Shown one piece after another: positions 30,107 through 39,993 of a stretch of 52,166 nt of DNA (within the stretch, counting starts at the first letter, position 1; each line of letters begins with the position of its first letter). The DNA comes from a virus (taxonomy: Duplodnaviria > Heunggongvirae > Uroviricota > Caudoviricetes). Both the position numbers and the translations under genes were made by a program. The notes beneath the pieces were generated by a model. It made no database searches, was not told the DNA's origin, and worked only from the letters and a program-made list of their open reading frames with translations. The stretch is taken from the IMG/VR virus record IMGVR_UViG_2844443253_000003; one strand, 5' to 3'.

Positions 30107-32095
30107 ATGAACGCTGAAACTATTAAAGATTTCCTCGTCTCGCTTGGCTTCAGTGTGGATGATGCAGGAGCGAAAAAGTTCGGTTCTGTCCTCGCCGGTA
30201 CAACTGCAAATGTCATCAAAATGGGACTGGCCGTTGAAGGAGCTGCGCTGTCCGTGGTGGCCTTCACGGCTAAGATCGCCTCCGGCCTGGATAATCTTTA
30301 CTGGGCGTCACAGCGCACCGGCGCGACAGTCCAGGGAATTCAGTCTATTGGCTATGCGGTTTCGCAGGTTGGCGGCAGCGTGGACGCTGCGCGCGGGTCA
30401 CTGGAGAGCCTTGCCCGTTTTATCCGTAATAACCCCGGGGCTGAGGGATTTCTGAATCGTCTGGGGGTACAGACACGGGATGCCAGCGGTAACATGCGTG
30501 ACATGGCCGCTATTTTTACAGGTGTAGGACAGAAGCTCAGCGGCATGCCGTATTACCGGGCTAACCAGTATGCGCAGATGCTGGGCATTGACGAAAATAC
30601 CCTTATGGCGATGCGCCGGGGTGTGGGTGGTTTCTCCGGACAGTACAGCGCAATGGTGAAAGCTATCGGCTTCAATGCTGACGAGGCGGCCAGAAGCTCC
30701 AACAAATTTATGACCTCCCTGCGTGAGTTTAGCGCGATGGCAGGCATGGCCCGTGACAAAATCGGCTCTAATCTTGCGGGTGGGCTTGCGGGTTCGCTGG
30801 ACACCCTGCGCCGCCATATCCTGGACAACTTCCCTCGTATCGAGCAGACCCTGACGAAAGCCATAAAAGGCATTCTGGCGCTCGGGGATATTATCGGGCG
30901 GCTGTTCTTCAGACTGATTGAAGGAACATCAGGCCTCATCACCTGGTGGCAATCGCTGGATAAGCAAACGCGGGAGTTGATCTCGCTGTTTGGTGCACTG
31001 ACGATTGCGCTGCGCATTCTGAACAGTACGTTCTGGATGTCGCCGATTGGCCTCATTACCGCGCTGGCGGCGGGGATTGCCCTTCTGTGGGAGGACTATC
31101 AGACCTGGAAGGAAGGCGGCGACAGCCTGATTGACTGGGGCAAGTGGAAGCCGGAGGTCGATGCCGCGCTGAAGATGGTTCGTGACCTGAAAGGGGCTGT
31201 TAATGAACTGGCGAAAGCGCTGGCGAAACTGCTCAATATTGACCCCAAATCATGGTCCCTGAAGTGGGATTTCAGCAACTTCATCGACCAGATGGGCGAA
31301 TTCAGCAAAATGCTGAACATGATCGCCGACCTCCTCAACGCTATCAAAGATGGCCGCTGGGCTGATGCAGTCAGCATCAGCAAACAGATACTTAATCAGG
31401 GCAGCGAAAATCCGTCAGCGATGCCGATGGTTACAGACAGCGCTAACAGTACTGCCGACTGGATTAAAGAGCGCTGGGGATTCGATCCTCGCAGCGTGGG
31501 CCGGACGGTACGCGGCTGGTTTGGTGATGATGAGCCGGAACAATATGCACAGGCTACGAAACGAGGAGAACGGAATAACAATCCGGGAAACCTTAATTTT
31601 GCTGGTCAGGCAGGGGCTTCTCTTGAACGCCCGGGCGGGAGATTTGCCAGATTTGAAACTGCTTTTGATGGATTACGGGCTCTTGCTCGTCAGTTAATGT
31701 TGTACGCCGGACGTGGAATAAACAGCGTGGAGAAAATTATCTCTACCTGGGCACCTGCGTCTGATAATAACAACACAACTGCGTATATCAGGGCTGTATC
31801 GCAACGACTGGGAGTGGATCCCCGGGCTGCCCTGAATATGAGCGATCCGCAAACCATGTCAGCATTGATGAGCAGCATTATCCAGCATGAAAATGGAAGA
31901 AATATCTATTCTCGAGAGCTGATTAATAAGGCTGCCGTGGCGGGAATTAGTGGCAAAATGACAGAGGTTAACCAGCAAAATACTTACCACATTTACGGTG
32001 GCGGAGATCCGCACGCTGTCGGTAATGAGGTTGCACGTCGGCAACAGTCTGCAAATGCTCAGGTCATGCGAAGTAATCAGGTGAGGGTGGGTTAG
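30107..32095 (+). CDS. tail tape measure protein (start at MNAETIKDF)
   Basis: 663 aa, helical/Ala-Gly-rich; RBS GGAGAGAGG. Confidence 0.7.
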   Translation: MNAETIKDFLVSLGFSVDDAGAKKFGSVLAGTTANVIKMGLAVEGAALSVVAFTAKIASGLDNLYWASQRTGATVQGIQSIGYAVSQVGGSVDAARGSLESLARFIRNNPGAEGFLNRLGVQTRDASGNMRDMAAIFTGVGQKLSGMPYYRANQYAQMLGIDENTLMAMRRGVGGFSGQYSAMVKAIGFNADEAARSSNKFMTSLREFSAMAGMARDKIGSNLAGGLAGSLDTLRRHILDNFPRIEQTLTKAIKGILALGDIIGRLFFRLIEGTSGLITWWQSLDKQTRELISLFGALTIALRILNSTFWMSPIGLITALAAGIALLWEDYQTWKEGGDSLIDWGKWKPEVDAALKMVRDLKGAVNELAKALAKLLNIDPKSWSLKWDFSNFIDQMGEFSKMLNMIADLLNAIKDGRWADAVSISKQILNQGSENPSAMPMVTDSANSTADWIKERWGFDPRSVGRTVRGWFGDDEPEQYAQATKRGERNNNPGNLNFAGQAGASLERPGGRFARFETAFDGLRALARQLMLYAGRGINSVEKIISTWAPASDNNNTTAYIRAVSQRLGVDPRAALNMSDPQTMSALMSSIIQHENGRNIYSRELINKAAVAGISGKMTEVNQQNTYHIYGGGDPHAVGNEVARRQQSANAQVMRSNQVRVG

Positions 32096-32682
32096 TGGAT
32101 ATTCTCTCTACACTTTTTCATCAGCAGAGCAGAAAAATAGGAATGATTGTTCCCAGTGTTGTTATTTCAGAGAAGCATACAGATATGCTTGAAATAACAG
32201 AGCATCCGGTAGAGGTTGGGGCCGCTGTCGCTGATCATGCCTATAAAAAACCGTCAGAAGTGGTGATGGAGGTTGGTTTCGCCGGTGGCGGCGCATTGCT
32301 GGATTTTGCCAGTAATCTGACGGCTACCAGCCTGCTCGGCCTGAGTCCTCAGCAGACGTATCAGGAGCTACTGGATCTGCAGGAAAGCCGTATCCCCTTC
32401 GATGTGGTAACCGGTAAACGGCTGTACAGCAACATGTTGATCCGGGCGCTGGAAGTGACGACGGACAAGACAACCGAAAACGTCCTGTCCGCCGTCCTCA
32501 CCCTGAGGGAGGTCATTATCTCCCGGACACAGCAGATTACCGTCGCGGATAAAACCAACATGAAGGAAGGGGCCAGCACGTCGGCGGTACAGAACAGCGG
32601 CAACAAAACCACAAAACCTCCAGATACTTCACTGCTGAAAAGCATCACGGGTAACGTGGCGTCATTACTGGGGGGCGGCTAA
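32095..32682 (+). CDS. putative tail/baseplate protein
   Basis: 195-aa ORF coupled to tape measure stop. Confidence 0.4.
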   Translation: MDILSTLFHQQSRKIGMIVPSVVISEKHTDMLEITEHPVEVGAAVADHAYKKPSEVVMEVGFAGGGALLDFASNLTATSLLGLSPQQTYQELLDLQESRIPFDVVTGKRLYSNMLIRALEVTTDKTTENVLSAVLTLREVIISRTQQITVADKTNMKEGASTSAVQNSGNKTTKPPDTSLLKSITGNVASLLGGG

Positions 32683-32984
32683 TGACAATTCAGGAAATTC
32701 CGCTGACAGCGGACAACCAGCAGTTCAGCATCGTCCTAGGTGGTGTCACCTGGCGGATTAGCATCATATGGCGCGATCTGTACTGGATTATGGACCTGCA
32801 GAACGACAGAGGGGAGCCGGTAATCTCCGGTATTCCTCTCGTCACTGGTGCTGACCTGCTGGCGCAGTACGCCTGTATGGGGCTTGGTTTTAAGATGGTG
32901 GTGGTCTGCGATGACAATACACAGGATTATCCCACGAAAACTGACCTGGGCGGCCGCAGTCATTTACTGGTATCAACGGAGTAA
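32682..32984 (+). CDS. putative tail protein
   Basis: 100-aa ORF. Confidence 0.4.
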   Translation: MTIQEIPLTADNQQFSIVLGGVTWRISIIWRDLYWIMDLQNDRGEPVISGIPLVTGADLLAQYACMGLGFKMVVVCDDNTQDYPTKTDLGGRSHLLVSTE

Positions 32985-32986
32985 GC

Positions 32987-34054
32987 ATGTCACAGAACTG
33001 GATGAGACATTTCGAGCTGCAGCTTGTGGACGGGAACGGTCAGGGAATTGAGCTAAGTGATTTCAAAGTCACCTTTACGATCGACTGGTTCAACATCAGC
33101 AGCGCGTCCCGGGTAGGGACTATCAAAATTTATAACCTCTCGGCAGATACTGTGAACCGAATTACCGGGCAGGAGTTTTCGAAAGTGCGTCTGATTGCGG
33201 GTTACGACGGTATCGCGCCGGAGGTGTCGGCAAGCGACGTCGGGACAGTGCGGGAAGTTGACGCGGCGGACGTGGGCCAGAGTGATGGTCGCAACTACGG
33301 ACTGATTTTCAGCGGTGAAATTCGCTACTCGGTCACAGGAAAAGACAGTCCGGTTGATTCCTACGTCCTGATTCAGGCAGCAGATACTGATCTGGCTTTT
33401 GCCACCAGTATAACCTCACAGACGCTGGCTGCCGGTTACACGGTCGCTGATGTGAACCGTGCGCTGATGAAAGACTTCGAAGCCAAAGGTGCGACCGAAG
33501 GCCTGACGCCTGAAATGCCTGCTACTGTATTCCCCCGGGGGCGGGTACTCTTTGGCATGACGCGGCATCTAATGGATAACGTAGCCGGGCAATGTGGCGC
33601 AACATGGCAATTCGTGGACGGTCAGCGCCAGATGGTGGCGAATAACGAATATGTTCATGAAGCGATTGTGCTCAACAGCGCTACCGGGCTTATTGGCATG
33701 CCGCAGCAGACTATCGGTAACGGCGTAAACGTCCGCGCGCTTATTAATCCGAACATCCGGGTTAACGGACTTATTCAGCTGGATCAGGCTTCCGTGTATC
33801 GTACCGCCTTGTCGAACAACGATATTGCGATGGCTGGTGGTCAGATCACCGACCAGAACACGGATGGAAATATCACGCTAAGCGGCACCACATCGCAGCC
33901 TGCCAGCATCGCAACGGATGGCGTTTATATTGTGCGCGGGATTATGTACACTGGCGACACAAGGGGCCAGGCGTGGTACATGGATATGATGTGCGAAGCG
34001 CGTGGCGCGGCGGATCTTCGTTCTGCGTCGTCTTTACAGCGTGAGGTAGGATAG
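32987..34054 (+). CDS. putative baseplate hub/tail protein
   Basis: 355-aa ORF preceding the accessory insertion. Confidence 0.5.
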   Translation: MSQNWMRHFELQLVDGNGQGIELSDFKVTFTIDWFNISSASRVGTIKIYNLSADTVNRITGQEFSKVRLIAGYDGIAPEVSASDVGTVREVDAADVGQSDGRNYGLIFSGEIRYSVTGKDSPVDSYVLIQAADTDLAFATSITSQTLAAGYTVADVNRALMKDFEAKGATEGLTPEMPATVFPRGRVLFGMTRHLMDNVAGQCGATWQFVDGQRQMVANNEYVHEAIVLNSATGLIGMPQQTIGNGVNVRALINPNIRVNGLIQLDQASVYRTALSNNDIAMAGGQITDQNTDGNITLSGTTSQPASIATDGVYIVRGIMYTGDTRGQAWYMDMMCEARGAADLRSASSLQREVG

Positions 34055-34407
34055 TGAAAAAGTGGATTGTTATCGGACTCTGTTTCCTTACGGGGTTAGC
34101 ATTTGCTGCGAATCCTGGCGGTATCACGCTTCAGTGTGGTGGCTACAAATTAGAGTTGATTCCTGATTCATTGTTCAGGATGAATGGTGAGACAGTTACC
34201 TCCCAGAAAATCAAAACGCTCGGCAACGGTAATGGAATGAAGGCGGATATGGGTCTTATGCCTGCCAAAGACGGTAACAACTACGGCTTTGAATACATTC
34301 GTCGCCCTGGTACCGAAACGCGATTCCTGAATGTCCAGCTTCTGCAGAACAGCATGGATGCGCCGAAAATCATCGGATCTTTCCCTTGTAAAAAAGTGGC
34401 TGGGTGA
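34054..34407 (+). CDS. small secreted protein with signal peptide (moron candidate)
   Basis: GTG start overlapping upstream stop; N-terminus MKKWIVIGLCFLTGLAFA then ANPGG; not a recognisable tail protein. Confidence 0.5.
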   Translation: MKKWIVIGLCFLTGLAFAANPGGITLQCGGYKLELIPDSLFRMNGETVTSQKIKTLGNGNGMKADMGLMPAKDGNNYGFEYIRRPGTETRFLNVQLLQNSMDAPKIIGSFPCKKVAG

Positions 34408-34556
34408 AGGTAACCTGAAATTCGTAACGCCTGAAAAACAACAAAATGTGCTCTAAAAACTATTGTTTTTTGAGACGAGCGATTACACTGCACTGACTTT
34501 TTGATGGTGGATTGCCATCGATATGCTACTTCATTAAAGCCAGGAATAACTAAAAC

Positions 34557-35288
34557 ATGAGTTTAGCGCAGCCAAAATCAGGAGAACTGTTAGATCTTCT
34601 GACTCCTTCATTAACTAAGGGTGAAAACCTTCTGAGTGAGTTTGAAATCCATCGAATCATTCGTGAAGCGAAGAAACTACCTGAACGTTATCAGGGGCTA
34701 TCAATTGAAGGCTTAGCTAAGCTTGTTCTTGGTGAAATAGATGAAGGATGTTCACTCTGTGAGCGGGGGTTGAGAATAGCGCCTAACGATCCAGTTTCTT
34801 TTTGTAACTATACGATTGCGCTGCGTAACTTAGGTTTGCATGCTCGCCAGTATGTGATGATTCAGAAAGCATCTGATTCACTTAATCCAACGATATTGGC
34901 TGAGGTTGCTACAATTTCTGCATACTGGGTTGATATCGATTTGCTTGAAAAGGTGATGCCGATGCTAACTGCAATGGAAGTACCGCGCCCTGAAGATATG
35001 GGCAAATGGTATGACACGCTCAATTATCTGCATACCCAAAAAGATCATGCTCAGGAGCTAAAAACTATTGGGCGGCTCATGATGAACGTTGCAGAAAAGT
35101 ACCGCGCTCGTCTTGCTGGCGCTCATGCTTTTTATGTAATGTCAGAACTTGATACGCTGTTCGTTGAAGTCAAAACAGACGATCCAGTGCTTCTTTCGCA
35201 GATGAATAATGCCTTGGCTGATGAGATTATTATTGCGGGGCTTGCGGATTCAGAATGCGTCGGATGCTTTGAAGCCGGGGAACTCTAA
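34557..35288 (+). CDS. hypothetical helical protein, accessory cassette gene A
   Basis: 243 aa, about 40% GC versus about 52% in flanking tail genes; no recognisable structural-protein features. Confidence 0.55.
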   Translation: MSLAQPKSGELLDLLTPSLTKGENLLSEFEIHRIIREAKKLPERYQGLSIEGLAKLVLGEIDEGCSLCERGLRIAPNDPVSFCNYTIALRNLGLHARQYVMIQKASDSLNPTILAEVATISAYWVDIDLLEKVMPMLTAMEVPRPEDMGKWYDTLNYLHTQKDHAQELKTIGRLMMNVAEKYRARLAGAHAFYVMSELDTLFVEVKTDDPVLLSQMNNALADEIIIAGLADSECVGCFEAGEL

Positions 35289-35716
35289 TGTCGGTTGAGC
35301 ATACCTGTTTTCTTGAATTGGCTAAGCATTCCCTGGCTCTAAACGGTGAGATGTGGACGAGAAATGCTATTAGCCGAGCATACTATGGTATGTACCATTC
35401 CGCCTTACGGATCACCAACAATCTGGTACCGACCGCTACACAAGATGGTGAAAAACTAAAAGGTGGAGTTCACATGCGAGTCTATACGGCCTTTTGTAGT
35501 GGTGAGGCAGCTGCACTTAACGATGTTGATGTTAACGCAGTAAAGAAAATCGGCGTTAAACTGAAAATGACGCATGCCCAACGTGTTAATTCTGATTACA
35601 AGCTTGAGCGGAAAATCAACCGGATTACCGCGAGAAGTGTAATTCTGGATGCGGAAGAGGTCGATGCAATCGTTAATCAATTACTGAAGATTGGTGATGA
35701 CTCGTTAACTGCATAA
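35288..35716 (+). CDS. hypothetical protein, accessory cassette gene B (possible HEPN-like fold)
   Basis: 142 aa; start overlaps stop of gene A (TAATG); motif AISRAYYGMYHSALR. Confidence 0.5.
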   Translation: MSVEHTCFLELAKHSLALNGEMWTRNAISRAYYGMYHSALRITNNLVPTATQDGEKLKGGVHMRVYTAFCSGEAAALNDVDVNAVKKIGVKLKMTHAQRVNSDYKLERKINRITARSVILDAEEVDAIVNQLLKIGDDSLTA

Positions 35717-35737
35717 GCTGAAATTTCTCAAAATTCA

Positions 35738-35761
35738 AACCCGCCACTTGGCGGGTTTTTT
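35738..35761 (+). terminator. intrinsic terminator closing the accessory cassette
   Basis: hairpin AACCCGCC-ACTT-GGCGGGTT followed by TTTTTGC. Confidence 0.7.
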
Positions 35762-35780
35762 GCTTTCTGGAGCCTACTAA

Positions 35781-36533
35781 ATGGCAGTATCTGACCAGAC
35801 CCGCAGCGGCGACCTTGCCGAAACATTTAAATCTGAACGGGAAACAACAAAGAACCAGATCCGTGTCGCCTTGCCTGGCATTATTCAGTCATTCGATCCT
35901 GATGCGGTGACGGCAGTTGTGCAGCCTGCTATCCGTTCGGTTGAAAAGGATAATGACGGCAACCGCATTACCAAAAATTACCCATTGCTGGTGGATGTGC
36001 CAGTGGTATTCCCGCGCGGCGGAGGATGTACGCTAACGTTCCCAGTTAAAGCCGGTGATGAATGTTTGGTGATTTTTGCCGATCGTTGTATTGATTTCTG
36101 GTGGCAGAGTGGCGGGATACAGGAGTCGGTCGATGACAGAATGCATGATTTATCGGATGCGTTTTGTATTGTCGGTCCCCAGTCGCAGGCAAGGAAGATT
36201 AGCGGTATTAATACCAGTGCCACACAGTTGCGTAGTGATGACGGCAGCACCTATTTTGAGCTTAATCCTGATACCAGGAAAATTAAAATTGTCGCTCCGG
36301 GGGGCCTTGATGTGGTTGCCCCTATGGCTGATTTTTCTGAGAAAGTAACCATTCATGGCCTGTTAACCTGGATGGGAGGCATGGTGGGGTCTGTTGTTTC
36401 TGGTGTGGCTTCAAAAATTACTGGTGCTGTTGAGTTTTTGGGTAGCGTGAAGGCTAACGGCAAGCCAATCGATGATACGCACACTCATGGTGGTGTTCAG
36501 CGCGGTGGAAGCAATACCGACGGAGTAAACTGA
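35781..36533 (+). CDS. baseplate spike/assembly protein V-like
   Basis: 250 aa; position and size match a Mu/P2-type gpV. Confidence 0.55.
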   Translation: MAVSDQTRSGDLAETFKSERETTKNQIRVALPGIIQSFDPDAVTAVVQPAIRSVEKDNDGNRITKNYPLLVDVPVVFPRGGGCTLTFPVKAGDECLVIFADRCIDFWWQSGGIQESVDDRMHDLSDAFCIVGPQSQARKISGINTSATQLRSDDGSTYFELNPDTRKIKIVAPGGLDVVAPMADFSEKVTIHGLLTWMGGMVGSVVSGVASKITGAVEFLGSVKANGKPIDDTHTHGGVQRGGSNTDGVN

Positions 36534-36886
36534 TGCGATACAGACGTGAAGACGCCGATGGCGATTACACCTTTGGCAGCGGTGATGACACCTGGCTGAT
36601 TAACTCACCGGAGGCCGTGGCGCAGGCGGTAAAAACGCGATTCGAATTGTGGTATGGGCAATGGTTTCTCGACACCACCGAGGGGACTCCGTGGATCCAG
36701 TCCGTACTCGGTAAGCAGAAGCCGGAAACCTACAACCTGGCGATCCGTAAGCGCATCCTCGAAACGCAGGGCGTTAAATCAATCCTCTCTTTCAATACGA
36801 CGGTGGATACCACGACCCGACGTGTCATGTTTTCCGCTGAAATCGACACTCTTTATGGAATAACGACTGTTACATCGGAGGCGTAA
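36533..36886 (+). CDS. baseplate protein W-like
   Basis: 117 aa between V-like and J-like genes. Confidence 0.5.
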   Translation: MRYRREDADGDYTFGSGDDTWLINSPEAVAQAVKTRFELWYGQWFLDTTEGTPWIQSVLGKQKPETYNLAIRKRILETQGVKSILSFNTTVDTTTRRVMFSAEIDTLYGITTVTSEA

Positions 36887-38085
36887 TGGCTCTGAACCTT
36901 GATTCTCTCGGTTTATCTGCAAAGGTAACCGCGGAGGGGATCAGTGCGCCTGATTATCAGACGATACTCAGCACCCTGATTAGCTATTTTCAGCAGATTT
37001 ATGGCAGTGATGCCTACCTCGAACCGGACAGCAAAGACGGCCAGATGGTGGCTCTGATGGCGCTGGCGATTCATGATGCCAATAATATGGCGATAACTGT
37101 CTACAACTGTTTTTCACCGGCAACCGGCTATGGGGCTGCACTGACCAGTAACGTGAAAATAAATGGTATTTCACGTAAAGGCGCGACGAACTCTACGGTT
37201 GATTTGCTTCTTACAGGAACTGCCGGAACAACCATCATTAATGGCAGCGTGAAAGACAGTAATAATGTGATATGGCGTTTGCCTGCTTCAGTGGTGGTCG
37301 GCGTGGATGGTACAGTGATGGTGACCGCAACATGTTCCGTCAGTGGTGCAGTGGCGGCGCTGGCTGGAACTATCACTGAAATTAATACGCCAACCCGTGG
37401 CTGGGTTTCGGTAACCAATCCTGCTGCGGCTACTGTGGGCACTCCGGCAGAAACTGATGCGGAGTTACGTATCCGACAGTCGCAAAGTGTTGCGTTGCCA
37501 TCAATAACCCCATTTGAAGCACTGGATGGTGCTGTTTCTAATGTTACCGGTGTAACCCGCCACAAACTCTATGAAAACGATAATGGTTCGGAGGACGGTA
37601 ACGGGTTACCGCCACACTCTGTTGCTGTAATTGTGGATGGCGGTGATGTGACGGATATTGCTCAGGCTATCAGAGGGAATAAAGGCCAGGGGACAGCCAC
37701 TCACGGTACAACATCCGTTACGGTTCCGGATAAATACGGCAATCCCCATGTAATCAAATTCTCGCGTTCCAGTGATGTACCTGTTTATGCCCGGATTAAA
37801 TTAAAAGTTTTTACGGGTTATACCTCACAGATAGGGCAGCAGATCCAGCAGGCTATTTCCGACTATATCAATAGTCTGATGATTGGTGATTCGGTCCTTT
37901 TAAGTCGCATTTACTCACCGGCGAATCTTGGCGTGGTGAGTGGCGGGAATGCACGCTATTACGATATTCAGGAACTGACGATTGGGAAATCCCCGGGGGC
38001 TTTGTCGTCATCAAACATTGATATCAGATACAACGAATCTGCGTCCTGTACCCCGGAAAATATCGTTATAACGGTGGAGTCATGA
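36886..38085 (+). CDS. baseplate J-like protein
   Basis: 399 aa; canonical position. Confidence 0.65.
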   Translation: MALNLDSLGLSAKVTAEGISAPDYQTILSTLISYFQQIYGSDAYLEPDSKDGQMVALMALAIHDANNMAITVYNCFSPATGYGAALTSNVKINGISRKGATNSTVDLLLTGTAGTTIINGSVKDSNNVIWRLPASVVVGVDGTVMVTATCSVSGAVAALAGTITEINTPTRGWVSVTNPAAATVGTPAETDAELRIRQSQSVALPSITPFEALDGAVSNVTGVTRHKLYENDNGSEDGNGLPPHSVAVIVDGGDVTDIAQAIRGNKGQGTATHGTTSVTVPDKYGNPHVIKFSRSSDVPVYARIKLKVFTGYTSQIGQQIQQAISDYINSLMIGDSVLLSRIYSPANLGVVSGGNARYYDIQELTIGKSPGALSSSNIDIRYNESASCTPENIVITVES

Positions 38086-38762
38086 GCAAATACACCGAAC
38101 TAATCACGAACTACCACGCCACCAAACCTAAATTTCTTGCGCATGTTGATCTGATGACCCGGCCGCTTATTGATGTTGCGGCTGCTACCAGAGGGCTGAT
38201 TACTGCATTTGATATTGACTCTGCGATTGGTGTGCAACTTGACATTCTGGGATTGTGGATCGGACGTAGCCGTGTTGTCAGCCAGCCTATCTCAGGAGTC
38301 TATTTCAGCTGGGATACCGACGGGCTTGGATATGATCAGGGGGTATGGCAGGGGCCATATGATCCTGATTCCGGATACATGTATCTCAGCGATGAAACTT
38401 ATCTTGTCATTCTTAAAGCGAAGATTGCGATTAATAACTGGGACGGACGGAATGATTCGCTTCCGGCAATTCTTGACGCGGCAACAGCAGGATCCGGGCT
38501 GCGCATGCAGATAGTCGATAACCAGGACATGACGATATCGGTCTGGGTCTTTCCTGATACGGATATTTCAGATGTATCGCGTGAGTTAATTGCGGCAATT
38601 AAACAGGGGTATCTCACAGTAAAAGCCGCCGGGGTATGGGCGGGTGGCATTGAAACACCTTCGGTGGAAACCCCATCGGAAGGCTCAAAATTTTTTGGTT
38701 TTGATATGGATAACGAATTCATCAGTGGTTTTGATGTAGGAGCATGGGGAGTATTACTCTGA
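38082..38762 (+). CDS. tail protein I-like
   Basis: 226 aa following J-like gene. Confidence 0.5.
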   Translation: MSKYTELITNYHATKPKFLAHVDLMTRPLIDVAAATRGLITAFDIDSAIGVQLDILGLWIGRSRVVSQPISGVYFSWDTDGLGYDQGVWQGPYDPDSGYMYLSDETYLVILKAKIAINNWDGRNDSLPAILDAATAGSGLRMQIVDNQDMTISVWVFPDTDISDVSRELIAAIKQGYLTVKAAGVWAGGIETPSVETPSEGSKFFGFDMDNEFISGFDVGAWGVLL

Positions 38763-39460
38763 TGGCGAAAAATGACTTTAAAGCGTTTGCAACGGATCGA
38801 AATGCCAATGTTATGTCGCAGGAGGAATGGGAAGCGTTGCCTGCGCTTTTATCCGGATTTACAGCAGGTAAAGCATCCAGTGCGCAAGTCAATAAGGTTA
38901 TTCGGCAGGCCAGCTTTATTGCTGCAGCTCTGGCCCAGTTTGTAAGTGACAAAACGCAACGGGATGTGCTTGATAATGGTGATCTGCCCGGTTTTGTTGA
39001 ATTGCTGGGATCGGGGTTTGCTGTTGAATACCTGAGCCGCAAGAATCCGTTTGGCGATATCAAATCGGATGGCACTGTGCAAACGGCTCTCGCAAACCTT
39101 GGTTTGGGAGAAGCGGCTAAAAGGAATGTAGGTACAGGGGCGAATCAGATACCTGATATGAGCCTGTTCGCGTCAAGTAATACCGCAACGGCTGCTGCGC
39201 AAAAATTTCCGTCTGGATTAATTTTACAGTGCGGTCAGTTGAATGGTGCCCCGAATGTATCTTCAACATACGGGATGAGGTTTCCGATGACGTTCTCAAG
39301 AGTCATTGCTGTCGTAGTTACATTGAACGTTACTGGCGCGGCAGGGCAGCCGACTGTATCGGCGACAAATGTCCATAACACTGGATTTGATATTACAGTG
39401 TCGCCCGGTTCAGGATATGGTTCATCTGCTGATGCGTATTACATTGCAATGGGATATTAA
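38762..39460 (+). CDS. tail fiber protein
   Basis: ATG overlapping upstream stop (TGATG); followed by tail fiber assembly gene. Confidence 0.5.
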   Translation: MAKNDFKAFATDRNANVMSQEEWEALPALLSGFTAGKASSAQVNKVIRQASFIAAALAQFVSDKTQRDVLDNGDLPGFVELLGSGFAVEYLSRKNPFGDIKSDGTVQTALANLGLGEAAKRNVGTGANQIPDMSLFASSNTATAAAQKFPSGLILQCGQLNGAPNVSSTYGMRFPMTFSRVIAVVVTLNVTGAAGQPTVSATNVHNTGFDITVSPGSGYGSSADAYYIAMGY

Positions 39461-39464
39461 CGAA

Positions 39465-39872
39465 ATGTCATATTTTTATTCTGCATCGACAAACGGATTT
39501 TATTTGACTGAATTTCACGGCACCAATATTCCTGATGATGCAGTGGAAATCTCGGAATCAGAGTGGAAAACACTGATTAACTCACAGAGTGTCACAAAAA
39601 TGATTACCTGTGGTGAGGACGGTCACCCTGTCATTGTTGACCGTCCTTCTCCAACACTAGAACAATTAGCCTTAATAAATGATGAAAAGAAATCTGCACT
39701 GATAGCAGAGGCAACGAATGTAATAGCTCCGCTTCAGGATGCGGTTGATTTAGGTATGGCAACAGATGATGAAACGAAACTATTACTGGCATGGAAAAAA
39801 TATCGGGTGCTATTGATGCGTGTTGATATAAAAAATACAGAGTGGCCGAAAAAACCAGAGGGAAATAAATAA
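39465..39872 (+). CDS. tail fiber assembly protein
   Basis: N-terminus [19 protein letters not shown] typical of Tfa proteins. Confidence 0.65.
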   Translation: MSYFYSASTNGFYLTEFHGTNIPDDAVEISESEWKTLINSQSVTKMITCGEDGHPVIVDRPSPTLEQLALINDEKKSALIAEATNVIAPLQDAVDLGMATDDETKLLLAWKKYRVLLMRVDIKNTEWPKKPEGNK

Positions 39873-39993
39873 GGGGGCGTTATCGGATGAAGAAAGAGGC
39901 CGTTAATTATAACTGCAGATGCCCCCCCTAAGTTTCGGGGGGGTTATTGATGCAAAACTTAGATCAATAACATTAAGTAACTACCATTCAACA

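Noticed and set aside
30352-31056. Minus-strand ORFs inside the tape-measure gene
   Set aside because: Antisense to a long, well-supported CDS.
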